DNA of 64,000 bases from Vicugna vicugna (GCA_013265495.1 MU058636.1:372001-436000), one strand, 5' to 3'. Positions 38,560 through 52,470 are shown, numbered from the stretch's first letter. The notes: generated from the sequence alone by a model not told the origin. Program-made: numbers and translations.

Positions 38560-38870
38560 TGCTCCCGCCAAGCCCTCACCCTACACGGCACACACGCTCA
38601 TGGTTCAGGCCCCTGCCCTAGCGTTACCTCCTCGGCGAGGCCGTCCTTGCAGCCCGGCTAAGTTAGCGCCCTTTCCTCTTCCCTTAGCTATATTTTGCTT
38701 GATAGCACTGATTACTGCTCGACATGCTGGACTTGCGTTTAGTTATTGGCAATCTGGCTCCACCCAGCAGAACATCAGCTCCATCAGAGCAGGGGCTTTG
38801 TCTCTGGCCTCTGCGCCATCCGCATCGCCTCCACCGTGTCCGGTGCTCAGTAACACTGCAGATGACTGAG
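38560..38870 (+). mobile_element. L2 3' end fossil
   Basis: agaacatcagctccatcagagcaggggctttgtctct...gtgctcagtaac is typical of an L2a 3' end. Confidence 0.6.
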
Positions 38871-39534
38871 CGGTGTGATGCCCTCCCTAGACCTGTGTTT
38901 TCTTGGAGGCAGCTGACTCCCTTCTCAGGACAGTTGCTGCAGTTACGCTGACAACACCAGAGACGTAACACTGGAAAAGGAAATGTTTATGCTCTCAGAG
39001 TCAAGCCTTTTCTCATTCCATTGTTTTTCCGATTCAGAGGCACCTGCCTGGCTGCTTGTGTCTCCAGGTCCTGGGCTACCTGCATGTAAAAAATTGACAC
39101 CTGGTAAGAATACAGAAACCCCAGGGGGCAGGACAGAGAGCTTCTGTATCCGAGCTGGCCTGTGATTCTGAGTGCACAAGCTCATGGAATCTCTCCTTGG
39201 ACACTGGAAAAGAAAAAAAAGCATTGACTGGAAATTTGAATAAATGCTCCCTTTGAAAGTTACCTGCCTCATTCTTCCCTGTCTCTCTCTCCTGTTCCTT
39301 CTTGGGGGTGAAGTTGGCCTCATTTACAGCACTTACTACCGGATGGGATCAGGGCATCAGTGCACTAGGCTGATGTTTACTGAGCAACTAGTACGTGCAC
39401 GTGTTGTGCTGGGGAGGGTGATGCACAGGGAGGCAGTTGTGGAGGTCTGTAAACCTTGCTGGAGTTTGGCCTTGATCCCCAGCACGAGGTGAAACCTTTG
39501 AGATGTTCTAACCAAGGGACGATGCGACCAGATG

Positions 39535-40790
39535 TGTGTTTGTCCTGACAGTTTTATGCAGATGTAATTCGCACACCACCCAGGGCACCTGTTTGAAGTG
39601 CACCACTGAGTCGTGTTTAGGGGCTTTGCAGAGTTACGCAGCTGTCACCACAGTCCGTTCTAGGACATTTGCGTTACCCCCAAATTTTTATCACCTGTTT
39701 GTCACTCCCAGTTTACTCCCCCCACCCCGCCCAGCCCTAGGCAACCATGAATGTACTTTCTGCCTCTAGAGATGTGCCGATTCTAGATGTTTCCTATAAA
39801 TGGAATTATACAATATGTGGTCTTCTGTGACTGGCTTCTTTCAGTGGACGTGATGTTTTTAGGGGTCAGTGTTGTACACTCATGTGTATGTCTTTTTATT
39901 GCCAAGTAATATTCCATTGCATGGATGTGCCTTGTGCTGTTTGTCCATCCGTTAGCTGGTGGGCCTTTGCTGTGACTGACGCTTCTCTGGCTGTCAGGTA
40001 TAGGCGTTTGTGTGGACACGTGTTTGCGGTAGCCTTGAGCTTTCCCCGAGTGAGATTGCCGGGTCAGGTGGTAACTCTGGGTGTAAACTCTCAAGGGGCT
40101 GGCTGCTGGCCTGTTTTCTAAAGAGACTGCACCATCTTACACCCTCACCAACGATGTATGAGGGCTCCAGCTTCCCCCAGTCCTTGCTGATGCTCGTTGT
40201 TACCTGTCGTCTTTCACGGCAGCCGTGTGAGTGGGTATGAAGTGGTGTCTCCTATGGTTCTGATTTGCATTTCCCTGAGGACCAGTGAGGCTGAACATGC
40301 CTTCACCTGCTTGCTGGTCATCTGTTGTGTCCCTGGAGAAATGTCTGTTCAGCTCCTTCGCCCGTTGTTTAACTGGGTTGTAAGATTCTTTATGCAGTGT
40401 GGATACAAGTATCTCATCAGGTACACGATTTGCAAATACTTTATCCCATTCTGTAGGCTTTTTCTCTTTCTTGATGGCGTTGTTTGCAGCCCAAAGTTTC
40501 TAAATTCGGTGAAGCCCAGTCTGTCCACTTCATCCTTTATTTGCTTATGTTTTTGGTGTCACATTTGAGAAACCGTTGCCTGACCTGAGGTCACGAAGAG
40601 TTACTCCTGGGTTGTCTTCTAAGGGTCGTACAGTTCGGCTCTCACATTTAAGTCTTTAGTCTGTTTTGAGTTGCTTGTTGTGTGCAGTGTGAGGTGAGGC
40701 CCAGTTTCACTCCTCTGAGTGTGTTGGTCCAGCTGTCCCCGCGCCCTGTGTTGGAGAGACTGTCCTGTCTCCATTGAACGGTCTTGGCCT
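39535..40790 (-). mobile_element. Old L1MB-like 3' region
   Basis: ORF2-like HIHAMEYYLAIKR and ERSQSQKTTYCIIPFIGNI; ctgatttgcatttccctg; L1MB-type 3'UTR. Confidence 0.85.
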
Positions 40791-43005
40791 GATTTATATT
40801 TTTCACAGATTACTCTTAACTGATGGCGTCGGGGATGGTTTAGAGTAGAGGTGAGAGCAGAGGTGGGGAGATGGATTTGGCCAATGTTTCTCGTCTTCTC
40901 GTCGTGTGTAAAAAACACTATCTTTGGCGCTGGAGCTATGGTGACAGTGTGGTCAGACACGACCCTGGCCTCGTGCAGGTACTGAGGACAAAGATGCAAA
41001 CCTCACAGGAGGAAGCAAGCCAGCAAGTGAGATGATTACAGGTTGTGAAAGAAGCAGCAGAATGATGCTGTACATTGTGAATGATGTGGGTCTTGAAGGC
41101 GTAAAACACAAATTGCTCGTTTGATGGTTTGGCCTTTCATTTCAGTTGTGTCTCCGCACTTGGGCTGAGCTCACCAGGGCACGCAGTTCGAGTCGAACGG
41201 AGTCAGATAAAGAGCGGGATGGAGGGAGAGATGTCTTTCGTTGTCATCTCCCCGACGTGGTGCTTTGGCCTTTGAGTTTGCACTCAATGTGAGTGTCCAC
41301 CTGCCAGGGACACTGCCAGCGACTGGCAGACTGGAAGAATACCACTCTGTCATGTATTTGTCTCATTCATTCATTCCCCAGTAAGTAGGATCTAGGTAGA
41401 CTGGGTTAAAGGAGGTGAAGAGAAATGAACTGATTTGAGGCGGGTCGGGTAAGATGGAGAGGACTCCGTAATCAAGCGTGAAGGCTCAGAGTGAACAGCG
41501 GGGATTGTCAGGAGTGAGATCACGGATTCAGTATTCTGAGGGCAACGACAGCTGTTGAATCTCTACTGACCCCCCTGCAGACACCATTTCACGCGCTGCC
41601 CCCCAGATCTGTCCACCACCTCCACCGCCAGGCAAAACCATGGCTCAGGGGAGACCACGTCACCCGCCCCGGATCTCAGAGCTGTGACGCCTGATAAACA
41701 GGTGCCTTTTACTGCTTTAATGAGCTCCTTTCACTCTGTTGAGCTCCGCTTTTCAGAAAGTATCCAAAGATGGAACAGACCATGTCAGGGTTTTAAGTAA
41801 GTATTTTAGAAAGAAAATTTCAAGGCAAAACTAACCAAAAAAAAAAAAATTTCCCGTGGTCTCGCTGACTCTGTGTGGTGTATGTATGGCTGTTCTGGGT
41901 GGGAGTGCTTTCTTGGGGTGAGAAACCCTGATCTGAACGCTGCCCGCTGGGTGGTCGATCCTGGCCCTCCCGGCACGCGGGGAGGTGAGGACGCTGCTCA
42001 CACAAGCTGGGTGTGAGAGCTGAGAGTGAGCTTCTGATCTGTGGCATTTTCATTTCCTTCTTTTTCCTGCATGGTGTATGTATTTTATGACAGTGCTTGG
42101 AAGTCCAGGCTGACGGGGGAAAGGAGGCGATGTTGTACGTAGGTAACTGGGGCTTAGACAGGGCAGGTGGCAGGAGGGCTCTGGGGCCGGGCATGCGGCC
42201 CCTGTCCCCAGACCGTGTCACACGCGTGTCCCAGCACATTGTTCCCTTGGTGTTGGAATCGGTTCCATCACTGGATTACTGTCTGTATGGTGCGGTGCTG
42301 TTTTTTGAGAGTGAGATAGTGACGTCGGGAAGGTGGGACTGAGATCACTGTTTAGTCACAAGGATGACATATAGCAGTAGTTTCAAAACCGAATGTTACA
42401 CAATCTTGAATTACAAAATTTATTAAGGAACATTTTAATATCTCAGAGACTCAGGGTCAGAAAAAATTCAAATGGACGTAAGTCAAGTTTCTCATTTACC
42501 GTTCATTTTGGGGCTTTGCTTCCTTGTTATCATCCTGTTGTGCAGAGCCTCTTGGTCCTTTCTTACCTGCTTGTCGCTCCTGTGGTACAGATGCTCGTTG
42601 GGGCACAGAGCTGAGACCCTGTTTGTTGTTAATTTGGCTGACAATGTGCTGTGTCTAGAGGAAGGCAGATTTTGTGCCCCATGAGCTGCAAAAACCAATA
42701 TGTGCTAAAAGAAAGGAAGAAAATGCAGAGAACCAGCAGCAACTGGGGAAACACCCTCCCTGCAAGAACAGCGATGGAGAGGCCCAGCCTCGAGACAGAC
42801 GTGGCTCACGGAAGGAAAAGGAGGGGTTTTTTAAGCCAAGAATAACAATGAAAGATTAAAGCACCCATAAATTGTTTTAAATTGATTTTTCAAAAGTTGC
42901 TTAGAAGTAAAGTCATACAAACACGGGCTGTTTTTAGTGACACTCATGTGTGGGAGTGTTTATTCTGTTGTAACTGGCTCTCAGCTTTGATTAGAACAAG
43001 CTGGT

Positions 43006-43035
43006 TGAATGAATGAATGAATGAATGAATGAATG
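43006..43035. repeat. (TGAA)7 microsatellite
   Basis: Directly visible. Confidence 0.9.
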
Positions 43036-43129
43036 GACACGGTTGGTGTGAAATGGCACAGGAAGAAGCAAAAGGGACCAGGCTCGTGGTCATGTGTAAA
43101 CACACGCACGTGGACCCCCAGGGACACTT

Positions 43130-43740
43130 CCTGGATCCACGATCATGCCCCTCCTCCCCCACACTCTCACTGAGTTTGCTGGGCGGTCCCTGGCTGTCTT
43201 CACGCTGCCTGTGACCCACGTTGCTGTCCTGTACATGTATTTGAACATGAGTGAGTGGGGTTTTACTGCATGTGGCTCATTTTGCTGAAGGATGTTTGAG
43301 TTTAATCTGTGTTAAATCTCGCAGCTGTAGTGTATTTATTCTCACTGCTACACAAAGTTCCATCGTGTAAATATGACTGCAGCGTATTGTATTAGTCTCC
43401 TGTCAATAGGCATTTATTTGGCTCCATGTCAGATTTTGACTTCTACACAGAATGTGGCTGACTGCCTCCTTGGGCACACGTGCAGGTATTTTTCTAGGGT
43501 GTATACCTTGGGAATAGGAGTTGCTGGTAGTGGGGAATGTGCATTTTCGGCTTCACTAAATAATGCAAAATTCTATTTGCAAATGAACGGTCAGCAGTTT
43601 ATACATGTTTCCCCAGATCTACGTCCTTGCCAAGACGTGTATTTCTAAGGTGCTTTAACCTCACCACCCTCACAGGTGTGAAGTCTTATCTCCTTGTCCT
43701 GATTTTATGTTTCCCCGGTTGCTAATGAGATGAGCTGCTT
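43130..43740 (-). mobile_element. Old L1ME-like fragment
   Basis: tttctagggtgtataccttgggaataggagttgctgg...cacaggtgtgaagtcttatctccttg...gctaatgag. Confidence 0.6.
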
Positions 43741-44069
43741 TATTTTCAAGCAGTACCTTTTTTGCAGTACAGTCTCACATCTGATGTTAACTTGATGATA
43801 ATGAGTTGCTTTTTGTTAACATCTGCCTGGCACATCTTTTTCTGTCCTTTTACTTTTGGCTTTTCAGTAGTCCTTTTCAACATCGTTTAGCTGGGTTTTG
43901 TTACTCTTTCCTCCTTTGGGACTCCTTTGGGACGGTCGGTGTCCGTTTCCTGCAGGGGCTGAGGCACACCTTTGCTCAGAAGGTCGGCAGGACTAGTGGG
44001 GCCCCAGCTGGTGTCGGAAAGGTGGAGGGGAGGGTGGGGGACGGGCTGTAGGACTTGGAGGTGGGGGTG

Positions 44070-44495
44070 GAGTTCCCTGTTGCTGTGTAACAAGTTGCTG
44101 CAAGTTTAGTCCCTTAAAACAATGCTACTTTATTCTTCTCCAGCTCTGGAGGCTCCCTGGAAGATTGTTTCCTTGCCTTTTCCAGCTTCTAGTGGAAGCT
44201 GAATCCTGAAGGGTTTCTTTAAACGATACCCTCCTTGGCTTGTTGCCCCTTCTTCCATCTTCAAAATGCATCACCCGTGTCTGCCTCTCTCGTCAGATCC
44301 TCGTCTCTCCTGCAGTAAAGTCGTCCTCGGCGAACGTCAGTAATCACAGTGAGAGCCCGCCCAGGTAATCCCGGATAGTCCTCTGTCTGAAGATCCTTAG
44401 CTTAATTATATCTGCAGAGGTCCTCTTCTGCCGTTTAAGGTAACATTTACAGGTTCCAGGGATTAGCATGTGGACATAGGCTGTTCTCCAGCCTA
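44070..44495 (-). mobile_element. MLT1D-like MaLR LTR
   Basis: ccttgccttttccagcttctag...ccccttcttccatcttcaaa...aagatccttagcttaattatatctgcagag...aaggtaacatttacaggttccagggattag. Confidence 0.8.
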
Positions 44496-46019
44496 GAATG
44501 GTGGGCTTGAAAGGACATAGGAGTTTTCCGCTCCATCCCAAGGAGTCCTTTTCCTGAGAAGGCTAGATTCCCAGAGTCTGGAGGAAGTATCCGGCACAAG
44601 GCAGGAATGCCGGGGGCTCTGTAGGGAAGGGCAGTTAGGAGCCCCGGGGCGGGGCGGGTGGGGGGCACGCGTGTGTACATTTCAACCCCCTTTCTCTTCC
44701 TCTCCACTCCCAGTGTCGCGCCTGCTGTCTTTGGTACCGCATGCCCATCCTTCTCCAGCTGGGGTGTGGCGCGTGCACACACGGCTGCGTAAGTGTAGAA
44801 CCAGGCTAAACAAAGCCACTGAGAAAGCCTGGCGCACCTTGAGTTCACTTTTTTCTCAACTCTCAGCGGAAAGCCTTCATGTATAAATTACTTAAACTAT
44901 GGTATGATGGAGGCTGTAAAGGTCACCTGAATTTTCAAGATAAACCATGAAACTTGAAACCTATTCCAGCTTAACCCTTATGTGACAAACTGGGGTCCTC
45001 TGAGAAATACTGTTTCCTGTGTCGGAATATTACAGGCAGAAGTTTAGAGCTCTGGGGGCTGTGTTTGGTAACAGAAACAGTTACCACAAGATGCTGGGGC
45101 AGCCAGGAGAGTGGCTTCGTCCGCGCTGTTGCTCGCGCTCTCTCGCCACCCCACGGCGGACTGCGTTTGCAGGGTTGAAACGCAGGTAATCGTGGGCCTT
45201 TGGACAACACGAGAACCTGTGTTTTAGAGCACTGGGAATGCTCACGGCTGAAGTCAGCTGTTACCCGGAATAAACTTCCCCAGAGGGGATTTTCCAGACT
45301 GAACTCAGGGGACCAGTAATAAAATGCAAACTATGAAGTGTCCTGCAGCAACAAAAACACGTGGGATGTTTTTCTATATAATATTTCACATTAAATGTAA
45401 TTGTAGATTAACTTTTATAGAGAAAATATTTATTCAAGCCAGACATGCTTAAATCCTTTCATTTCCTCGAGTATGACAGAGCACTGGGAATATGCCCCCT
45501 TTGTAATTTCCTACTGGTCTGCCTCGGTTATGGACAGAACATTAACTCTGCAAAGGCTGCGTACGGGAAAGGACCCAGATGGAAACCTGACGTTGGCCAG
45601 ACCCTGAATCTGGCCTCCAGGCCTTTGTGCTGCGGTCCCAGCATGGCAGCCCACGTGTGGCTCCTCACTGCCTCCCCTGGTTTGGTCCTCACTCCTCGCA
45701 GTGGCCGTGGCAGGGCACTGGGGGCTGTGGTGGGGGTGTGGTGTGTTGTGGTTGGACGCAGGGGTGCAGTTGGGGGTGGGGCAGGGTGCTGGGGGCATGA
45801 AGGGTCCTCTCCTGTCCTCGGCTCACGCACAGTCTGTCAGCCACATACTGTGTCAGATTTAGTCAAACCGAAACCCATTTTGATAATTTTTACCAAACGT
45901 CAAAATTTAGAACAATATTTAGTGTTTATTATTAACTTATTTACTATTAAATAATCAGCATTAATAACATATTATTGTTTAGAGTTTAACAATATCTAAG
46001 TTCCTGGTGTGAACAGACT

Positions 46020-46210
46020 TAGAACTGTAGTGAGGAAGGGAGCGGGTCCTGAGCCTTGCCTCCTCTCCGCTTACCAGCTGTGGGGCCTTCACCAGGGGGT
46101 TGACTGGAACTGTGTGCTTTCCCCTGTGCGACCCGGGGACACCTGCCTCACAGACACGTCCATGCAAACCTAAGCTGCCTGGCACAACACCTGGCTGATA
46201 ATAGTCCCTG
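46020..46210 (+). mobile_element. MIR fossil
   Basis: cgggtcctgagccttgcctcctctccgcttaccagctgtggggccttc...tgctttcccctgtg. Confidence 0.5.
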
Positions 46211-46347
46211 TTTAACAACAGAGGTAAAAGCAGCAGCAAGGTCTCGCCCGCTGTCAAGTCTGCACCGAGCCTCTCGTCTTGAGTTGAAGTCACAAGTATG
46301 ATGCTCCCTGAGTGATGATGGTTCGACTTACAATTTAAAGAAAAAAA

Positions 46348-46861
46348 TTTTTAATGAAGTCTAGTTAGTTTGCAGTGTTGTGTTAATTTCTGGTGCACAG
46401 CACAGTGGTTCAGTTACACGTGTATATTCCTTTTCAAGTTCTTTTTCGTTACAGGTGACTGCAAGATACTGAGTGTAGTTCCCTGTGCTGTGCAGCAGGA
46501 CATGGTTGTTTATCTGTTTTATATTTAGTAGTTTGTATCTGCTAATCCTGCATTCTCAGTTTATCCCTTCATCCCTTCTTTCCTTCTTTGGTAACCATAA
46601 GTTTGTTTTCTGTCTGCGAGTCTGTTTTTGTTTTGTCTGTAAGTTCGTTTGTGTCATTTTTTTAGATTCCACATAGAAGTGATATCATACGGCATTTTTC
46701 TTTCTCTTTCTGGCTTACTTCACTTAGAATGACGATCTCCAGGTCCATCCATGTTGCTGCAAATGGCATTATTTTATTCTTTTTTGTGGCAAAGTAGTAT
46801 TCCATTGTGTAAACATACCACAACTTCTTTATCCAGTTGTCTGTCGATGGACATTGAGGTT
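46348..46861 (-). mobile_element. L1 3' fragment (camelid-type)
   Basis: Same 3'UTR/ORF2-end text as the other L1 copies (tttttagattccacata...tctggcttacttcacttagaatgac). Confidence 0.9.
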
Positions 46862-47314
46862 CATTTTAAAGTTTTCGTGTTTAAAATGCCTGCTGTGAAT
46901 TGCCCTAAGGAAGCCCGATTTTCTCGCTCTTGGAAAAGGTTACTGTGGCAGGTGGGATGTGAGGGCTTCTTGGACGCTTACTGTCTGGTTGTTTGAAGGA
47001 GGGGGCAAGGGTAAGCGTTAGAGTCGTAATAGTTAAAACACTGACTGAGCGCGTTCTCATGCTGCTTGCTTTCGCCCTTCTCTTCCCAGACTTTTTTGGC
47101 CACAAAATGCTTTTTATTTGGAGGAAACTCTGTCCAGACTTGTCCTTTTATTTTTCTGGGTGAAAGTGCTGAGTCTTTGAGCGCTAATGTGAGACGTTCA
47201 GGGTCACCCAGGTGGTTAGTGGAATGTGCTTGTTGACGGAATCAGATTCACAAAAGGAAGAATATAATGCTTTCTTCAGTTAGAACAGAAATGGAGGGAC
47301 ATACTGAAGAGTCT

Positions 47315-47410
47315 CTCACACACACGCATGCATACGCACACGTGCGCGCACACATGCATGGACACACACATGCACGCATGCACATACACACACATGCACA
47401 CGCACACACT
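47315..47410. repeat. Degenerate (CA)n/(CATG) tract
   Basis: Directly visible. Confidence 0.85.
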
Positions 47411-49188
47411 GAACTGGGCACATTCATTGACCAAAGCAAAGGTGTCACTGAGAACCAGGAAAATACGCGGTCACAGTACAGGGGAGCCAGCGTGGTGTCC
47501 TTTCTCACAGGATGGGAGAGCACACTGCACACCTTGTGAATGTCTACATCTGGGGCTGGTTTCATTTATACTGAAGGTTGTGAAAAGCTTAGGCCCTGAA
47601 AATGGAAGTGGTGGATCTGCAGGTGGCACCTGGTGTCCTGCAGGGGTCCCCGGCCCACCCTCTGCTGTGCTTCTGGACCTCGGACACACTGCTCTCTCTC
47701 CTTCGGGTCAGAGTAAAACCAAACTTTCCTTACCCCAGCCCAAAGAGCTGGGCTTTTCCAAGACAAAAGAAACCCCCCTCCAATCACTGGGTTAGCGATG
47801 GGGGCCCTTCCCCCCAGAACAGCACGTGGAGGTTGGACGAACTGCTGGTTCCCTGCACGCCCACGTGGCGGCAGGAATGAGCAGCCCTGCGTAATGGGAG
47901 AGCACCTGGACCAGGGCGCCAAGGCCATGGCTGCGGCCACAGGCTGGCTCCGTCACGAACCACCTTCAGTCCCTCGATCAAGCTGTTTGCACTTCCGGCC
48001 TCTGCTTCCCGTTTGCGAAGCAGGGACAGGCTACGTGATCTCAAAGCACTGTTTGTTGTTGTTCAGAAATTCTAACTATTACTTAAATCTTAATGTCTAA
48101 AATAAATAAATGATATGTCTCCTGAATTTATTTTTTATATGTAGTTCATAGCCAAGAATGTTCACTGATGCAAATGAATCATTTAAGGAAGTGCTTTTTA
48201 AATTTTCGGTGGGATTACATTTGACGTGAACTGTTTTTTCTCGTTGTGTCCCACCTTGTCATGGTCTCAGGCTGTCAACGGAGCTGAGTTGGCCTAACAG
48301 ACACAGTGATCACTAACTTAATGAAAACTGGGCTTCATGAATCAATCAGTGAGGTCTCAGAGAGATGAAAACTATGGGAAGAAAGGACATAACTTGTCCC
48401 AGAAAGAGAACTAACTTGTGGCTGAAAAGAACGTATCCCACCCTGTATTGCTGACTTGCCCCGCAGGTGTGAATAAACCTGGAAGGCAGAAACACGTGGG
48501 AGTTAGTGAAAAATTTATCGAAAAGGTAGTACAACCCCCCCCCACCGTCGCTCGCATCCAAAATCAAGAATTACTACCACCGGTAGTAATTGTGTCTCAG
48601 TGGCGTCATTTCCCACATGTGAGAACACTGAGGGGGGAGCGATGTGAGAGTCCTATGCTGTTGGACGGCGGTCTCACATGCCTTGAGGATGGAATGTGGA
48701 CGCTGGGAGGCGTGGGTCACGGAAGTCTTCAAGTCTAACAGGGATAGACCCTGGCCGACAGCAGGCGCTCTGATGGACAGAGAGGTTCGTTTATAGCGTC
48801 ATAAAGAATGGCATGAAGGATTATATTGCCCCCAGAACAAGACAGATTTTCTCCCTCTCCCAACTATGTAAGTAACGGATATTTATTGTAGAATTTGAAC
48901 AAATGAGGAACCGGAAATCACTAGCGGTGTCCCCGTTCTCAGACATTCACTGTTGTCTCCTTATGATGCTGTCTGCGTGGGCTGATGTGCGCGAGTGCAC
49001 ACGTGTCTCGTTTTCCCTGCTGTGCTCCGTGGTCAGATGGGTCCTAAATGCCGGAGGAGATTGGAACCGAGGCCAGCAGGACTCGAAAGTTAAATTCTTC
49101 CCGCGAGGAACCTTTCCCTTTTCATTCTTGCTGGTCTAGTAGTTATTTATTCTGTTCTCATACTTAGTCAACCCTCTCACTTACTAGG

Positions 49189-49741
49189 TTTTTGTTTGTT
49201 TATTTTGTTTTGTTTTGTTTTTAATTGAGATATAGTCGGTTTACAGTGTTGTGTCAATTTCTGGTGTACAGCATCATGTTTCAGTGCTACGTGTACACAC
49301 ACAGATTCCTTTTCATACTTTTTCATTATAGGTCACTACAAGGTATTGAATACAGTTCCCTGTGCTACACAGTAGGACCTTGTTTTTCTATTTTATATAT
49401 AGTACTTGGCATCTGCTAATCTCGAACTCCCAATTTATCCCTTCCCCCCCCTTTCCCCCTGGTAACTATAAGCTTGTTCTCTATGTCTGTGAGTCTGTTT
49501 CTGTTTTGTAAACAAGTTCATTTGTGTCTTTTTTTTAGGTTCCACACGTAAGTGATCTCATATGGTATTTTTCTTTTTCTTTCTGGCTTAACTTCACTTA
49601 GAATGAGGATCTCCAGGTCCATCCGTGTTGCTGCAAATGGCATTATTTCATTCTTTTTTTTATAGCTGAATAGTATTACATTGTGTGTGTGTGTGTTTAT
49701 ATATGCATCTCCTTTTTCCAGTAATCTGCTGATGGACATTT
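49189..49741 (-). mobile_element. L1 3' fragment with (TTTTG)n tail
   Basis: ORF2-end peptide NEIMPFAATRMDLEILILSEV and 3'UTR. Confidence 0.9.
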
Positions 49742-51699
49742 AATAGCTTTTCCAAAGATTACGTTGTACAGTAGTTCCAAGTATTGAATTACTTTGTCTC
49801 TTTTATATATGAGCCCACTTAAAAAAAAATTAGTCATGACCCAAAGAGGTAGAGAACTTACCAGCTCCACCTCCTTTCTTCAGATACAAAACTGCCCAGA
49901 CTCTCTCCAGCGGCTTAAGGGCCTCCTGAAAACTAAACCGTAATCGTGTTCAGCCCTCTTTGATGTCAGCAAATGACTCCTCCTACCTCGTCTCAGTGCC
50001 TTCTGGTGAGGCTTAACCCGTGTCCCTTGGGTTTCCCTTCACTGGGGAAGGAGTGCAGCTGGCTATCTCTTCTGTAACGTCACCTTTTCTCAGCATCTCC
50101 TGAAAGGCAGGTCAAAGCCTTGGATCCATAAGAAATCCACAAGGGACCCCATTCCTGTTTCTATAAACTGTCACTTTCATGTACAGAGACCAGACGACAC
50201 TCTGTATATATGATAAGCCTTTCTGAGCCTGAAGGCTGTGTCCACCCTGGGCTGAGAGCGTTAGGCATGCCAGCTCGTTTAATCTTTATGGCAGCCCTCT
50301 GATTTCCAAAGTGCGATTTCCAGTTGGCCCGTGAGTGAAGCCAGGAGACTCCAAGCTGCCCCCCAGAGCAGGTGGTGGGCTGGGACTTAAACCCCCATGT
50401 ACCGGAGACTTCCCACAAGCAGGTAGGAGATAAGGCCTGATGTTCCTCTGGTTTCTGCCCCTTGCGCCCGTACCTCTTTTGTCTGATAGTAGCTCTGGTT
50501 GAATCTTTAAGAAGGGCGTAGGGCTGTGGACTTTTGCCAGACCCCGTGTCCTGGTTCTGATGTCTGCCTCTGCGGCACGGCCTGTGAGCTCAGCCAGCAG
50601 GAATGATGGAGGTGGGCTGCGCCCGGAGGGCGGTGGGCAGGGGGCGCCCGGGGCAGGAAGTCGGAAGGGATTTGTGGTGAAGGGTGGGAAGGGGGCCGAG
50701 CCTGGAGGGCCCCTCCAACGTGTCTGTGTACCCTAAACACATCTGTTTTCAGCTGGCTCACTTCTGCTAACACTTTCTCGATTTACATACGTAAGAACTG
50801 CGAGCAAAACGGCTGGAATCAGGGCGCACGCCACTTGGATCCTTGCCAGTTTTTATTTCAGGCTGACAATTTGGGAGCTGGAATACAAGATTTAGGGTTG
50901 TTTGTTTCTTCTAATGAGGTGGCAAGATAAGACCGCATTTGTTACAGCTGTTCAGCACAGGAGGTCGGAATATTGGTTTCCTTTTTAAAAAGAAACACAA
51001 AAATATTAAACTTGCAAGCCCTGAAAATAGTGTAAATGACCAAGCTGGTAATTGGACTCATCATGGGTTGGCTTCCGTGCCCCCGTTGGTGAGTGTGGGA
51101 GGGAGACGAGAGGTGTGAAAGGATAGACTGGCGTGTGAAATCGGTGAGCAAAAGTGCTGCCTTTTCTCTCAGACTTCTGGGGCAGGAGAGTCACAGCCTG
51201 CATTTGAGGAGGGGACGGGAATGGACTGGCTTTTCTCTCTGATGCCTGCCTGAGCGCCTCCCATCACAGCATGAGTGCTGGGGTGCCAGCCCTCATAGCG
51301 CCAGTACAGGTTCCCAGGCATCAGTGGCTCTCAGCCCACCACTTAGATGGAGCTTGTTGATCTGATGCTCTTGTTGGCAGGACAAATTCTTCTTCTGCTT
51401 CCTTCAAACTGCATTGAAAGAGAAAGAGAAACGGGAGCAGACAGGTTTAAAGAGCAAAACTGGTAGACGTTAACTTCTTATTTTGTAACCAGGTAAACTA
51501 AGAATATGGAGCAGAAGGAGATATTTTTTCTTCTTCTTCTTTTTTAACAGTACTTTTGACCCCATTCCATTGCCAAGTAAGTTCAGCTTGGCTTGGAGAA
51601 GAGCCACACAGATGGGAAACAGTGAGAAGGCAGTAGATAAATGCACCATAAATGGCAGGGTTACCACTGTAGCTTGATGTTATGGGGATTTGTAGGATT

Positions 51700-51930
51700 G
51701 ATCCCATTTTATTTGAGGAGGAGTAAACTTCATGTTAATGAGGTTGGCAGATGACCCTAACTTGGAGGAGGTTTCAGAAGTCTGGAAGAACAGAAATATT
51801 ATAACTATACCTTAAGGATTAAAAATACAGGCAGGAAATAACAAAACTAGATAACAGCTTGGAAAATGCACATGAATACAACCGGGGGAAAATAATGTAA
51901 AATGCAGGATCCCAGAGAAGAGAAGAAACG
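51700..51930 (+). mobile_element. Ancient CR1/L3-like LINE RT fossil
   Basis: atgttaatgaggttggcagatgaccctaacttggaggaggtt..agaacagaaatattata reads MLMRLADDPNL..RNII, resembling the CR1 RT motif KFADDTKLGG..DRNII. Confidence 0.5.
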
Positions 51931-52079
51931 TGTACTAAAATGCAAAAGAACAGCACTATTTGGAAGGATCCACTGGACCGTGCGATGTACTGCAGTGGAC
52001 TGGCCATTCGGGGCCACCCGCGTTGCTCATCCTCAGCAGGGAGATGGTTTATTTTGCAGAAGGACAACCGGTAGTGCTT

Positions 52080-52470
52080 GTTTCAGGCCCCGTCGCTTCA
52101 CTGCAGAGGGGATGAGGAGACGGGAAGGCAGCTGGTGGTAGAAACCGACGTAACCCCGGGGAGGACAGGAACAGAGGTGCGGACTGAGCTGAGACTGCGG
52201 GAGTCGGCATGCAAACAGATGGCCCTCGGGGAAGTTCCGGAGGGAACGTCAGCAGGATGAAAATCCAAGAAGGGGGAGCAGAAGCTCAAGGTGGTGCCAC
52301 CGTTGGGTCCTGGGATGGTGGGTGGGTGGTCCCCGCGAACACCCGCTAGAGGGACTGGAGGGGGAGTCAGAACTGGCAGGGACGATCAGTGTCCCTCTGT
52401 TGAGTTACAGAGGCTGCAGCGTATCAGCTGTGGGGGCGTCTAGCTCACAGACAGACATGGGCTCAGCTGG
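52080..52470 (-). mobile_element. L2 fossil
   Basis: Purine-rich L2-like text (gggtcctgggatggtgggtgggtggtcccc...ttgagttacagaggctgcag). Confidence 0.4.
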
